A stretch of DNA of 64,000 bases from Octopus vulgaris. Taxonomy: Eukaryota. The DNA lies in NCBI GenBank assembly GCA_951406725.2, contig OX597814.1, forward strand, positions 105,958,001 to 106,022,000, read 5' to 3'. The notes under the pieces are model-generated. The model saw nothing but the letters and a program-made list of their open reading frames with translations. It made no database searches and was not told where the DNA came from. Positions 12,067-27,209 of the stretch are shown here, piece by piece. A program made the position numbers and the translations under genes. The first letter of the stretch is position 1; every line of letters begins with the position of its first letter.

Positions 12067-12857
12067 AACAAAGTTTGCATACATGAGGTTGATAACATCA
12101 TAAGACATGGAAGGCAGCTCCTTGAACAACACTCGTTGTCTGGTAACCTTAAATCCATGCCCAAAGAAGTCGCACGATTCCACAGCAACTTATCATCAGA
12201 TGAAAGGATGAGCCTGTATGAGCAGAAGACTATGCAGGGATATGTTAGTAGAAATTAGCCGGACTACTACTTCCCTGTTTGAAGGGTATGCGTTTGCAAT
12301 CCAGAAACAGGGAGTATCAACCAAATATTTTATGCACAAAAGGGATAGAGATGCAGGTAAAGCCATAAAACGGGATAACCAATGCACACTATGTGGAGTT
12401 CACACTGAAGATATCACCAACATCATAAGCAGTTGTCTGAAAATGTCATCATGATATTATCTACCGATGAGAGATGACGTTGTAGCTAGGACACTCTATA
12501 ATGAAATCCGTCGGAAGGATAATCCCGAGGACAAAGAAATAAGAACCCATAATATGGTAGAAGCCATAGTCACTCATAATTAAAAGGAATTCGGGTGGAA
12601 TGTAGCAGTGAAGACCTGAGTAAAATGTAAGCCCAACAGATCTGATATAATGATTTGGGATAGAGAAGAGAAATTGTGTACAGTTGTGGAAATTAGCTGC
12701 CCAGCGGATGTTAGCATAAAGCTGAAGATTAGTGAAAAAGAGGACATCTACGCTGAACTATTGAGAAATTTGCAGTTAATCTATCCAAATTACAAGATCA
12801 GGTTTATACCTGTAATTACTGGAGCGCTGGGATATGTAACACACTGCCTAAATACCA
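12067..12857 (+). pseudogene. R4/Dong-type non-LTR retrotransposon C-terminal remnant (CCHC knuckle plus RLE endonuclease)
   Basis: Same frame across stops: CTLCGVHTEDITNIISSC...NRSDIMIWDREEKLCTVVEISCP...EKEDIY...IPVITGALG. Truncated by the fold-back element at 12858. Confidence 0.85.
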
Positions 12858-13724
12858 ATCCAGAGGTAATGCAGTACGATCGTTTCAAGCAACTCCATTT
12901 AATTGAACAATGCAATCCTTACATCAATTTAAATGCAGAGCAATGCTCAGCTGCATAGAGACATAGAATTTAATTAAATTAAAACAGATGGATACGTTAG
13001 TATAATTTTACCTAAAATCTTCAAGAAGGTAAGGAGATAGACAGAGAACATGCTGTCTTCACTTCAGGATAAAAAGGATAAAAAGTATAATATTCTTCTT
13101 AATAATCTTCTGAATAACCTTAAATTTTAAATTTATTCAATATGGCAATATTGTTTAAAATATTTAACTATAGTACCACATGATACGATTTCCCATTTCA
13201 TTATCAATGGTCTACTCGTGGCCTGTCCCTTTAATTGTCAGCTAACATCTTGATTTAAGATTTCCTTTACCAAATCTCGTGATATTGCCTCAAATTAATC
13301 TTGATAGTTTTTTATGACTATACCCACTATGATTTCTGTCGACTCCCTCAGCCCACTTTCTAACAGGCATTGCTCCTTGCTCTTTTGGCCTTAGATATAC
13401 AAGGTTTGATAAACTAGGCTATAAATTAAAACTGACCCCATAAAACAGTGACAAGCAAAATCTTTCTTCCTGATACCTTAGTAGCTTCTAAGCTGAAGTG
13501 AAGACAGCATGTACTCTGTCTATCTCCTTACCTTCTTGAAGATTTTCGGTAAAATTATACTAATGTGTCCATCTGTTCAAATTTAATTAAATTATTTGTC
13601 TTTATGCAGCTGAGAATTGCTCTGCATTTAAATTGATGTAAGGATTGCATTGTTCAATTAAACGAAGTTGCTTGAAATGATCGTATTGCATTACCTCTGG
13701 ATATCCTTGTTGCTTATTTTGATT
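12858..13724. mobile_element. Penelope-like fold-back element with 210-bp inverted arms (12858-13067 and 13493-13702)
   Basis: The arms are reverse complements. The terminus ggatatccttgttgcttattttgatt is shared with 30266-30631 and is followed by TA. Confidence 0.8.
12870..12955 (-). ncRNA. Long-helix-II type I HHR-like motif with altered core (CUGAGCA); mirror copy on + at 13605-13690
   Basis: ugcag-CUGAGCA-[~58 nt]-GAA-acgaucgU-A-cugca: 5-bp helix I, palindromic helix III and GUA site, but G8 is not conserved. Confidence 0.5.
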
Positions 13725-13743
13725 TTATATATAAGTACGTATA

Positions 13744-13792
<49 letters not shown>

Positions 13793-15904
13793 GTGTTTCT
13801 CCCCTGCCTCCTCTTGACAACCGGTGTTGGTGTATTTGTGTCCTCGTAATTTAGCGGTTCGACCAAATAGAATGATAGAAAAAGTACCGGGCTTAATAGA
13901 ATAAATAGATAAATAGTTGGGTCGATTCACTCAACGAAATGTTCAAGGCCGGAATCTAATGACTGAAACAAGTAAAAGAAAAAAAGAACACACACACACA
14001 ATGCAAATAACTTTAATAAAAATAAACTTGAAATGAAAATATGAAGAAAGTTAGGAAGCGATGAAGAGCTCTCATATAAACTCTAGACAGCATTTCGATG
14101 TCCCGTGCTGTGTGATGTATACAAACACCGAAGAAAATAGCGGTTTGATTTTCACTTACTCGAGATCGATAAAATTACAACACTAAAATACTTGTGTCTC
14201 TCTTCACCTGACCATTATTCTTAATGTTTATCTTTGTGTCTCGTCAAAAGAAATCGACTTGTTTGACTGTAACTTATACTGAAAATAATACCCAGTGTTT
14301 CTCTGGCCTTCACTCCCACCCCACCATCTCCGCTCTAGTTTAGGAACATTTTACTGCCAATTATTTGGCTCCAGAATATCGAAGACATTCTATTTGGCGA
14401 ATTGTCAAAGAAAGAGCCAAGCTGTAACAAAATATCTTTGATCAATGAACATAACAATTTTTCAATTATCCCCTGGACAATAGATGTATATTTAACATGG
14501 CAGACTTTTACACAACGGTCTCAGGCCGTAAGAATTAACTGTGGAGAATAGCATACATATATACATACATGCGTACATACACACATACATATACATATAT
14601 ATACATACAAATAAAAATAGATGCATGTATGTATATATATATATATATATGATATGCGCGTGTGTATGTGTGTGTTTGTATGTATATATGTATCTATGTA
14701 TATTTTCACGCATGTAAGTTTGTATCTGTGCTTGTGTATATATTTATGTATGTATACGTATAAGAGTATTTATGCACACACAGACGATCACACACATATA
14801 AACACAAACACACACATAGATACATAATATGTACATAAAAACATACATACACGCACACAAACGTACACGGACACTGACATGCACGCATATAGATGCCTAC
14901 ATACATACATACATACATACATACATACATACATACATACATACATACATACATACATACATACATACATACATGCATGCATACACACATGCATACATAC
15001 ATACATACATACACAGACGCGCGCCTGATTACAGAGTCAGTAAAACACGACGAGAAAGCTGGTTTGCTGATTGCCATCTTAAAAGATTTCGTTGCCAGTC
15101 GTCATAAACGGAGGAAAACTCGTATAAGTAGCGACGAAAAGACTGATTACATACGCAGTCGTATGTATGCTCTAGTAGCGCGCCAGTGCGTTGTGGCTGG
15201 GTAACCAATTTATTACACACAGACAGACACACAACACACAACACACACACATACACATACACATATACATATATACACTCGCTAATAAATCTGTCATACG
15301 TGCGTAGAGATGGTCGGCTCGATGGCGGCCATGTTGTGCGCTGAGTGTGTCGTCTGCTGAAACAGACAGTCCTTCGATAAAAGCGACATAATATGGAGCA
15401 TCGAAGAATGATTGCGAGGAGTCGTTCCTTGGGACTTTATTTTCTGTATTAAACCGTTATTGTAGAGATCATATAAAGATTGACAATAAACTTTCAATCG
15501 CAACGGAGAGGGAAAGAAATGGAGAGAAGGAAATAGTTAGAAAGTTTGTGTGAAAGAGAGGGGGAGGCGAAGTGCGTGTGTGTGTGTGTTGTGTGTGTGT
15601 GCGTGTTTGTGTGTGTGTCTGTGTGTATGCATGTGTGTTTGTGAGTGTTGTGTGTGTGATTGTGTGTGTGTTTGTGTATATGTGTGTGCATGTGTGTATG
15701 TTTGTGCGTATGCATGTGTATTTGTGTGTGTTGTGTGTGTGTGTGTGTTTGTGTGTATGTGTGTTTGTGTGTGCATGTGTGTCTTTGTGTGTGTGTTTGT
15801 GTGTATGCATGTGTGTTTGTGTGTATGTGTGTGCGTGCGAGTTGGAGCGAAGGTTAAGAGAGAGTGGTCGGCGGATTGGGAGGAGATTTGTTTTGCTCCC
15901 CAAT

Positions 15905-16265
15905 ATCTTTTATCTTTTACTCGTTTCAGTCATTAAACTGTGGCCATGCTGGGGCACCACCTTTTTAGTCCAATGAATCGACTCCATTACTTCCTACTTT
16001 TCAAACCGGGTACTTATTATATCTTCTACTGGGCCGCTATGTTCAGTAGAAGAAGTTAGGGTGATGTAAACACACCAACACCGGTTGTCAATCAGTGGCA
16101 GGGAGAAAACACTAACACACACACACACACACACAACAGGTTCTTTCAGTTTCCGCCTACCAAATCCATTCACAATGCTTTGGTTGGCCTGTGGCTATTT
16201 TAGAAGACATCTGCCCAAGGTGCCACGCAGTGGGACTGAACCCAGAACCATGTGGTGGGAAGCAA
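15905..16265 (-). mobile_element. tRNA-derived SINE family B, near full length
   Basis: Reverse complement of 48434-48830 (cccaaggtgccacgcagtgggactgaaccc; gtggccatgctggggcacc). Confidence 0.8.
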
Positions 16266-16269
16266 GATA

Positions 16270-16520
16270 CGTGTAGGCAGAAAATTCCAGAAGGAAGACG
16301 TCATGGGACGAAAGATTGGACATGAAGGTTAATGGAAGTCTGAAGTATTGGATATTCGATAGATGAGGAACGAGAAGGGATCGAGTGAGTTGGAGGTGAT
16401 TCGTAGGAGGTGGAACAACACCACAAAACTCCGAGGAGTACTGGCTGTTGAAGTAGCGGTATTAAAAAAACAGGAGAGGACAGAGCCTGAGGGTGACTTT
16501 ATGCAAATCACTCTAATTAG
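16270..16520 (-). pseudogene. Highly decayed CR1/L2-like LINE ORF2 C-terminus
   Basis: Minus-strand translation ...PIFRPMTSSFWNFLPT resembles the SFFPRTxxLWNxLP tail of CR1-group reverse transcriptases. Confidence 0.35.
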
Positions 16521-16983
16521 CCTTTCTTTAGATTAGGTCTACAATGTCTGTGTATGTAGCAGTGGCACTTTCTCAGACGTGGGCGAAATACTCCATCGGG
16601 GTCCTTACTTGAATTTTGTGATGGATTATGTTATACAGAACTATATCGGTAATTTTATATGAGACATATATTCCCAGTGAGTTACCTGAAAATTTTAGGT
16701 GCTACAGGGATTCTTGGTTAGGCAGGTGGGGGTGGGGGTGCGGGTGGGGTAATATAAGGCCTCCGCGTTGCACACCACCCGAAGGTGAGAGAGGGATGGG
16801 TGAGTTATACTTATCTACAGGGAGTCTAAATCTCACCGGGTTATATCAAACGCAAATGCACAAAGGTGTCGATGGTGATGAGGATGATGATGATGATGAT
16901 GATTTTAAATTTTGGCACTAGCGCAGCAATTTCGAAGAGTGGAGGAGTCGATTACATCTACTCCAGTGCTCAGCTGGTACTTG

Positions 16984-17050
<67 letters not shown>

Positions 17051-17394
17051 TGCTGATGATGCTGCTGATGATGATGATAATGAATACTAAAGAGGTAGAT
17101 GTGTGTTGATTAAGAAAGATTATATCAATATGAAAATCTTTGATCTGGTTTATGTTGTAAGTTTATGAAGAAAAACACAACGTGAATTTGTAGATATTGA
17201 TAAGGAGAAAAAACTTACCACCTGGAGGGAAATAACATGAAAGACGGAGAGTGAAAGAGAATAATTAAGCGAAAAGAAACACACACAAAATATAAAAAAA
17301 AGAAAACCACTGACACACATAGACACACACTCGTCAGTCGGTTGCGAACTTTTTCGATTTCAAGGAAAGAAGGATTTGGCACTACAATCCTAAT

Positions 17395-17560
17395 GTTTTT
17401 TTCTAGAAGAGGCACAAAGCCTGGAATTTAGAGAGATGGGGCTAGTTGGTATGAAAGGCGAAGTCGACTTCGGTTGAATTTGAACTCAGGACGTAGCGGC
17501 AGGCGAAATATCGCTAAGCATTACGGCCGGCGTGCTAAGGATTCTTCCAGCTCGCCGCCT
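17395..17560 (-). mobile_element. SINE family A copy with internal deletion, abutting (TAA)n
   Basis: atgaaaggcgaagtcgacttcggttgaatttgaactcag...cagctcgccgcctt. Confidence 0.75.
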
Positions 17561-17563
17561 TTT

Positions 17564-17670
<107 letters not shown>

Positions 17671-18035
17671 TATAATTATAATGGCAATGATTATAAATAT
17701 GCAGGTTTTTATAGTGCCCCAACATGGCCGCAGTCACATGACTGAAACAAATAAAAAGGTAAAAATGTAACAAAAATGTGTGTGTATGTTCGAGGCAGGG
17801 GTGTATCTGGTGCATGAACAGCAGTCTAATAAAACACTCGCCCCCACCTCATGATTCTTAATCCATGGCACCATAAAGATATTATCTGCACCGTAAAGAT
17901 TGCTGAGTAACTTAATCCTACAAATCTGAACTTGGTATAAAAGAACGGAAATAATTTTAAAGTTATCTGATATATATATATATATATATATACTACATGT
18001 TTGTGTGTGTGTATATATATATATATGCATGTATG

Positions 18036-18076
<41 letters not shown>

Positions 18077-18236
18077 ATATATATATATAGTATGTATGTA
18101 TATATCGCTTTAATGGGTGACTATTATCGGCCTGGAGGGAGTGATTTATGCAGATGAACTCGTACATAAAATAGAGATGCGCAAATACACAAACACTTGG
18201 ATGTATGGGGTTGGGAATATACATGCGTGCGTGTTA

Positions 18237-18334
<98 letters not shown>

Positions 18335-18365
18335 AAGAAGAAGAAGAAGAAGAAGAAGAAGAAGA

Positions 18366-18696
18366 AATATTAAAAATATAGAAACTTTCAAAATACAAAG
18401 ACCTGGAAATAGAGGTATCTCGAATGTGGAATCTAAAACAGAAACAATTCCTATCATAGTGGGCGCATTAAGTATGATAAAAAAATATTCAGACAAATAC
18501 ATAACAAAAAAACACCAGGACTTACAAACACATATACCATACAGAAAATTGCACTACTGGGCACTGCACACATCCTACGCAAAACACTTTCAATACAGTA
18601 ACTATGAGAGCATCTCAGCAAACGACAGCACATACTCAAGGCACACAGGCCTGCGCTCAGTAGTGAAGTGAAAGCACGCTATAAAAATAAAATCAT

Positions 18697-18699
<3 letters not shown>
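18366..18699 (+). pseudogene. R4/Dong-type retrotransposon 3' end (RLE tail plus 3' UTR) between microsatellites
   Basis: KLSKYKDLEIEVSRMWNL/ETIPIIVGAL...KIALLGTAHILRKTL* with frameshifts, directly followed by (TAA)n. Confidence 0.85.
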
Positions 18700-18730
<31 letters not shown>

Positions 18731-18823
18731 TAATAATAATAATAATAATAACCATAATAACAACAACAACAACAACAACAACAATAATAATAATAATAAT
18801 AATAATAATGATAATAATAATAA

Positions 18824-18868
<45 letters not shown>

Positions 18869-18896
18869 CAACAACAACAATAATAATAATAATAAC

Positions 18897-19340
18897 GATA
18901 AATGCCCTGATGCAGTACCAGGCAGTGGCTCTCATGGCTTCTGATCTTAACTGATTGGAAGTGTTATCATGTACATTGTTTTGTCTTGGTATAAAAGATG
19001 GACTGCAGCAAATATTCTGCTCAGTACCACAGTTTGCTTGTCAATTGTTTGACCTTAACCAGTTGACCATGTCCCTCAGTGGCTAATGATATGTGCATTT
19101 CTGATCACGAGCAGCAGTGGAGAGAAGCATAGCCATATGTTGAAAGGAATTCTTTGGGGTTTGGAAACATGGGTCATCCGCTGTTTATCTAGATATGAGA
19201 TTACCATGTTGCGCACATATGGTTGGGATGCAAATGCTTGGTGTACCCTTGTCAGATGGGTAGTCATGATGGGTACATTGGGAGTCGTATATTTGTACCC
19301 CAGTATCACTTTGATGGCATGCACTGCTCTCTCACTCAAT
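18897..19340. mobile_element. Non-coding (TAA)n-associated interspersed repeat; second copy at 55210-55647
   Basis: Both copies share tttgcttgtca...gatcacgagca...catagccat...gtaccc...gcactgctctctcactcaat and both are flanked by TAA repeats. Confidence 0.75.
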
Positions 19341-19368
19341 AATGATAATAATAATAATGATGATGATG

Positions 19369-20477
<1,109 letters not shown>

Positions 20478-20759
20478 GCTAGTCTCTCAATATGTGAAGG
20501 ATCGTGTGGCTTCTTAGAGCGAATTTAGACGCAGAGTTTAGACGCAGGTTTATGGTCGGACAAGGAGCACCACTTGTTGGGATAGGAGCCTTTTAGTGTC
20601 TCTCCTGGCTTGCATAAACGTGTTATATTTATTTGTATTAGGAATCCGTACACACGGTCGCGCACACACAAACATACTCGCACACACACATGTATATACA
20701 TATTTGTATATTTCTATGCCAGTTATTTTCCTTATAATTCCCTCTCGAAATATTTGCAA

Positions 20760-21130
20760 AAGGAAATTCAACCGTGTTTCGTGGTCTGCTACCACAACAG
20801 CTCCTTTATAGGATCCAGTTAGCTTAAGATATCATCAGGAGAAACCACGCCCGGTTTCGGCCCCTAATCCTCTACCGTATTGACGTGACGTGCCCCTCCC
20901 TTTCGGAGGTGTCTTCAGCTCTGGTGTTGGGTGCATGTCTTTTTTCTTCTTCTTTTTTCTGTTCCCTGGCCTCTTCGATGTAGCGTCAACGAGTGTCAGC
21001 GAGCGACTGACTGACTTGTCAAATTTTTTCCCTTTAAATACATGCTGCTAGGCTCCAGCAGGCGGCACCAGCAAGTTGTCACGTGACACTGTCTCCACTT
21101 TAACTGACCAATGAAGGCGCGTAGTCTTAT
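20760..21130 (-). mobile_element. 5'-truncated copy (3' UTR only) of the HERO-like element at 55683-56820
   Basis: Colinear high similarity to about 55685-56050 (caaccgtgtttcgtggtctgcta...gtcacgtgacactgtctc...tgaaggcgcgtagt). Confidence 0.85.
20821..20920 (-). ncRNA. Putative permuted hammerhead ribozyme in HERO-like 3' UTR (copy 2)
   Basis: ucacguc-aaua-cggU-A-gagga-uua-ggggcc-GAA-accg-ggcgugg-u-uucuc-CUGAUGA. Differences from copy 1 in helices I and III are G-U compatible. Confidence 0.55.
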
Positions 21131-21654
21131 CCCACACTTCGCTATCAACCCAAAATTAGGTATCTGTAAATAAAGTCATCTCTGATGATCCATTCTGGGT
21201 AAGCATCTACATGCACTTGGAACATTCAATGCAGTTTTCCAAGCAATCATATCCGGGAAATTTTCGTAGAAACAAATGATATAAACTTGTGCTTACCGTA
21301 GTTTCTCCTACTTTTGCCCTGTACAGCATAACAAGTAATGCAATCAAGTATTCAGTAATTCTTCAGTTTTATGTAAAATTGCTTTTATACAAAGCTTGCT
21401 AGAAAGCCAAGCACTAAAGGGTGAGCGAATGTGTGAGTGATGTAAAGATGGCTGACACGAGAAGAAAAGGAGTCATGGTATACAGACATAGAAATATATT
21501 TACAAATTCTATACATAGTTGGGAAGAAAATTTCTTACCAGATAGCCATTCCTGCGACCATATATTTGGTAGTCATCGATAAAGTCATTGATTCCTGCAA
21601 TAAAAAAAAAAGACGATGCACCATTCATCAGCAAGTATTTTGAGGAAATTAATT

Positions 21655-21906
21655 TAATAAATAAATGCGCCCTTTTAAAGCCTAGCCAGGCTCATGGGCC
21701 CGGTTTCCCGGTTTCAATGGCGTATGTGTTCCCCGGCTGGACGGGACGCCAGTCCATCGCACCGTTACTCATGTTTGCCAGCTGAGTGGACTGGAGTAAC
21801 GTGAAATGAAGTGTTTTGCTCAAGAACACAACGCGTCGCCCGGTCCAGGTATCAAACCCACAATCTTACGATCATGATGTTGACACCTTAACCACTAAGC
21901 CACGCG
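21655..21906 (-). mobile_element. tRNA-derived SINE with an 18-bp target-site duplication
   Basis: TSD attttgaggaaattaatt at 21637-21654 and 21907-21924. Minus strand starts cgcgtggcttagtggttaagg (A box) with a B-box-like ggtttgatacc. Confidence 0.9.
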
Positions 21907-22311
21907 ATTTTGAGGAAATTAATTATCGAATATTGACTGGTAACGATGAAAATTGACTTTTGACGGCATTGAAAAGGAGCAAAGCCTCCAGTATTTTACA
22001 AAACCAACTAAAAATTCGAAACACTTGACTTCTTTTTTCATTTTTAATTACCGAGAATTTTAAAGCAATCATTTACATTTAATTAGTGTTTATGTTGTAA
22101 GTGTTACAAACATTAAAAGAAAAAGTGATTACACCCTTTGAGCAACGCAGGTGAGAAGTTAAGCGAAATGTGTAAGATGATGTCATTTTGAAACATTTCA
22201 TAACATTTACATACATGAACAATGATTCAACCAAATTGCAGGACTCACCGTTATTTATATTTTAGTTTTTAAGCTTTATCACTACAGGTTCTTTATGTAT
22301 GTATGTATGTA

Positions 22312-22398
<87 letters not shown>

Positions 22399-22704
22399 TT
22401 GTGCGTCTGTGTTTGTCCTCCCCACCACCACCACCGCTTGACTATGGATGCTGATTTGCTTACGTCCTTGTAACTTAGCGGTTCGGCAAAAGATACCGAT
22501 AGGACGATTGCTAGGCTTTGGAAGAATAAGTCCTGGTGGTCGATTTGTTCGACTAAAGGCGGCGCTCTAGCATGGCTGCAGAGAAAAAATGACCGAAACA
22601 AGTAAAACAGTAAAAGAATATGTTATATTAGCTTTATTATTCTTTTGATATCTCGTGGTTCTCTTCGCAAAATAAGCAAATCCTAATTGTGTGTGTGTGT
22701 GTGT

Positions 22705-22743
<39 letters not shown>

Positions 22744-23241
22744 CGTGCGTCTGTGTGTGTGTGTGTATGTGTGTATGCGCGCGTTTGTGTGTATGTGTGT
22801 GTGTGTCTGTGCGTGTGTAATAATTGATGAAGGAAACGGAAAATAGATTTAGCGTTAGTCTTTAGACTAGCGCTAAATCCATCTTCCGTTTCCTTCATCA
22901 ATTATTACTATCTCAACAAACACTGCGGAATTCCTGACGCAGATCCAGCGGAAATATACCCCAACCGTGGATGACACCAGGTAGCCCAAAACTGTGAACG
23001 TGCTTTACTCAACACACTAATTGACGTATACCTATTAGCCCCCAAAACTTAAACACACACACACACACAAACACACTCACTTACAAACGAGTAATAGCAC
23101 GTGACTTAGTGTGGCAAGCGCATTCGGCTTACGCTCATGAGTTCGACGCCTGGTGGCTTATGCATTTTGATATTTTGATTAGGCCTAGCGATTCTAATAA
23201 TCTCTATATAAGAAATAAGACATTATGTCATGGATTTCATT

Positions 23242-23298
23242 AGCTTACAGCTATTTCTGCAATAGGATGCAGAAACACGATACAGCTTCATCGGAGCC
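23242..23298 (-). ncRNA. Degenerate type I HHR-like motif in a probable Penelope pLTR fragment (about 23205-23410) next to (TA)n
   Basis: ggcu-CCGAUGA-[~30 nt]-GAA-auagcugU-A-agcu: 4-bp helix I, near-palindromic helix III, GUA site. Confidence 0.45.
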
Positions 23299-23418
23299 TC
23301 AAAAATGCAATTTGGGTGGGGAAAGCGTTTACATTTATTTATATATTCACAGAAAAATATTACCGGTGAAACAAGCATAAACGTATTTAGGAAATGAAGT
23401 CAAGAGCTTATATATGTA

Positions 23419-23476
<58 letters not shown>

Positions 23477-23529
23477 GTAGAAAATATATATATAAGTAGA
23501 AAATTCTGTCCATCTTTTAGAAAAGATCC

Positions 23530-23626
<97 letters not shown>

Positions 23627-24483
23627 CATATATATATGTATGTGTGTATATGCCCTTTAACTTTTGAAGTCGTTTGTATTTTTCTCAAATCTCAACAATC
23701 AGTTTCAGTTCTGTTCGATAAATTTGAATCGATGATTCAGGAGTCTTCATTGAAAGCAAACAAAAGAATATTCCCTGTTTACAGATGGTGCTCGTATCGT
23801 AGAGAGAGAGGAGGAGAGAGAGAATGAGAGAGAGAGAAGGAGAGTGAGAGAGGGAGAAAGAGAGAGGGAGACACCATTATCGTTAGTCTTTCGAGTATTT
23901 TTGTCGAGTGATTTACGCTTACAAAATCAAAACAAGTCTTTACTTATAAAACTAGTGAACCGTAGAACATCAGTTATCCATCAATCACCAACATTCTGTC
24001 AATCTGATCAAATGTGAGTTACAAGAGTCATCACAAAATCTTCATACAAGTTATCTCCCTTACTTCTCACGTTGACCCCTAGCGGAGTAAATCAAGGAAA
24101 ATGATATCTCCGGCTTCATTTTGTTTTCTTTCTTTTTATGCTTATATATTTCTTTGCTGGCAGCCAACAAATGATTCGCTTTGACCTCTCAGGTATTCCA
24201 CACATTTCTTTCATTTTGTCACACCAGTTTTTACTGTTATCTCGTTGGATTTCACGTCTTTATCTTCTTTCCTTCCTGTTGCTGTTTATCTCGTCAATAT
24301 CTACTTAAAATCACTCTCCACTTTAACTTCGCATTTATCCAACAGACACATCGTGTACAATACTCGAGGCAAAACTTTCGCACCGACACGCACACACACA
24401 TACACACACACACACACAAATACACACACAAATACACACACAAATATAAACATACATATACATACACATATTTATATACACTT

Positions 24484-24588
<105 letters not shown>

Positions 24589-24735
24589 TGTATGTACGTA
24601 TAAGCATATCTGTGTGTATTTGTGTGTGTGTGTGTGTGTGTTTAAGTTGGTTTCTTAATTATATATACCCGCACACATACATATATATATCTATACATGT
24701 ATACGTCTATGTAGATGAATGTATATATGTATATA

Positions 24736-24783
<48 letters not shown>

Positions 24784-24836
24784 CATGCATATATATATAT
24801 ATATATATACATATATATATAGAGAGAGAGATAGAT

Positions 24837-24886
<50 letters not shown>

Positions 24887-24947
24887 GTATATATATATAT
24901 ATGCATATATATATATACATGTATGCTTGTATACATGTATGCATGTG

Positions 24948-24979
<32 letters not shown>

Positions 24980-25282
24980 TGTATGTATGTATGTATGTAT
25001 GTATGTATGTATTTACTTATCGCATATTCCAACCAAATTCTGTAATGATGTCTATAGCCTTCCCAAACTTTATTTTCTTCTTTCGATTATGCAAAATGGC
25101 GATTTTGATTCTTTCGTATTTCCGTGAGATTTGTAAGCATTTTACTGATGTGTTACTGTTGTGTGTGTGATTTGGTTTTCTATGCATATGTAGGCATTTT
25201 AATGCATGTGTAGGCAAGTGCAATTATCTGTAAGTATATGTGTACACACACATATATATGCATCATACATTTTTACACCCTC

Positions 25283-25321
<39 letters not shown>

Positions 25322-25371
25322 TATAAATACATACATGTGTATGTTATGCGAACACACAGGTAAAAGCATAT

Positions 25372-25405
<34 letters not shown>

Positions 25406-25480
25406 GATGGATGAATGGATATATATATGTCTGTGTGTATGTATATATAGAAAGTGACAGACAGACATACATACATATAA

Positions 25481-25530
<50 letters not shown>

Positions 25531-26486
25531 GTGCACACATTTATATATGCACATATATGAATGTGTATGTATGTGTATATATTAATATATGCCTCCGCAT
25601 TTCATCCAATATGTCATATATAATGTTACTTGCAAACAAGTCCGCTCTTTTATCGAGTTTTTTATCTTTTTCTTCCGATATTTTATTACAGTTTCATCTC
25701 TGTGTCATGATATGTTATATGCATCCATTTTCTAATATTCTGTCCCCCCCCACCGCCTCTCTCTCATTCTTTCTCTCTCTGTCTCTCAAACACTCTGCTC
25801 TTCTCCACAATTCGTACACTCCTCATCTCAGCCATTTAATATCACCTCCAACTATAACCTTTGTACCTTGTCACAAGGGAGATAATCATGGCCGCCATGT
25901 TTGACACCTAAATCGAGGCTTTACTCCGTTTACCTCCTACACATGATTCATGATATGTATTAAGTTTCCTATTTTATACAAATAAATTTTATATTGTTCA
26001 AGTCTCTTGCTACAAAGAAATCATATCCAACAATGAATGATAAGCAAATATTCATGCATGGAGATACACATATGCATACATACTACGACATACATAATCG
26101 TTAAATATAGCTATTTAAGGATAAAAATGAAGATATATATATTTACATAAATAGATACATGTGTATATATTTATATATGTTCGTATATGCGTATTGTGAA
26201 ACCTCATTCTATCCGTCTCTCAATCTATCTATCTGTTTATCTATCTTATATATTTTCTTCCTATCTCTCTTGGCCCTTTCTCTTTCTCTGTATATATATA
26301 TATATATATTATTGTCCTGTATCTCCTTTTTTTTGCTTGTCTTGTTCCGTGGTTTGTGTCTATGTTTTTCGTCTCTCTATGTGTTCGACGTCCTTTTGGT
26401 GTCCTGTACACATATATGCGTGTATATGTACATGTAGAGGTAGGTACGTACATATATGTTTATATATATGCATATATTTTATTAAC

Positions 26487-26616
<130 letters not shown>

Positions 26617-26779
26617 TATGTGTGTATGTATACACATACATATGTTCATACATACATACACATTTGAGCGTAGTCATACAATTCATACATGCATTTGCAC
26701 AAATATACATATTATAAACAAGCACAAATATACGTATGTGTATACGCATTTTTAAATGAATGTGTATATGTATATGCAA

Positions 26780-26811
<32 letters not shown>

Positions 26812-26890
26812 ATGCATGCATACACTCATACATACACACGCATACATACATACATACATACATACATACATACATACATACATACATACA

Positions 26891-26924
<34 letters not shown>

Positions 26925-27174
26925 TTCATTTTCTTTAGTAGACATATTTCCAATGATACATGAACGAAAAGAAACATGGAGCGGTCCATTTACATGCATA
27001 AATACATCTATAATAAGGTATATCTGACTATATTCCGCGATGTATTATAGAAATGACATAACTAACCGATAATATATACACAAATGTCAAATGTCGAACG
27101 ACGACGAAACGCTGACATGATTATATTTTACTCAATCATTTTTGTTCACTTCTTGTTTGTTATCTTTTCGTCTA

Positions 27175-27209
<35 letters not shown>

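Noticed and set aside
21840-21906. tRNA-like sequences (also at about 29560-29623, 31909-31995 and 48434-48495)
   Set aside because: They are SINE heads with A/B boxes but no complete cloverleaf, followed by SINE bodies or bounded by TSDs.
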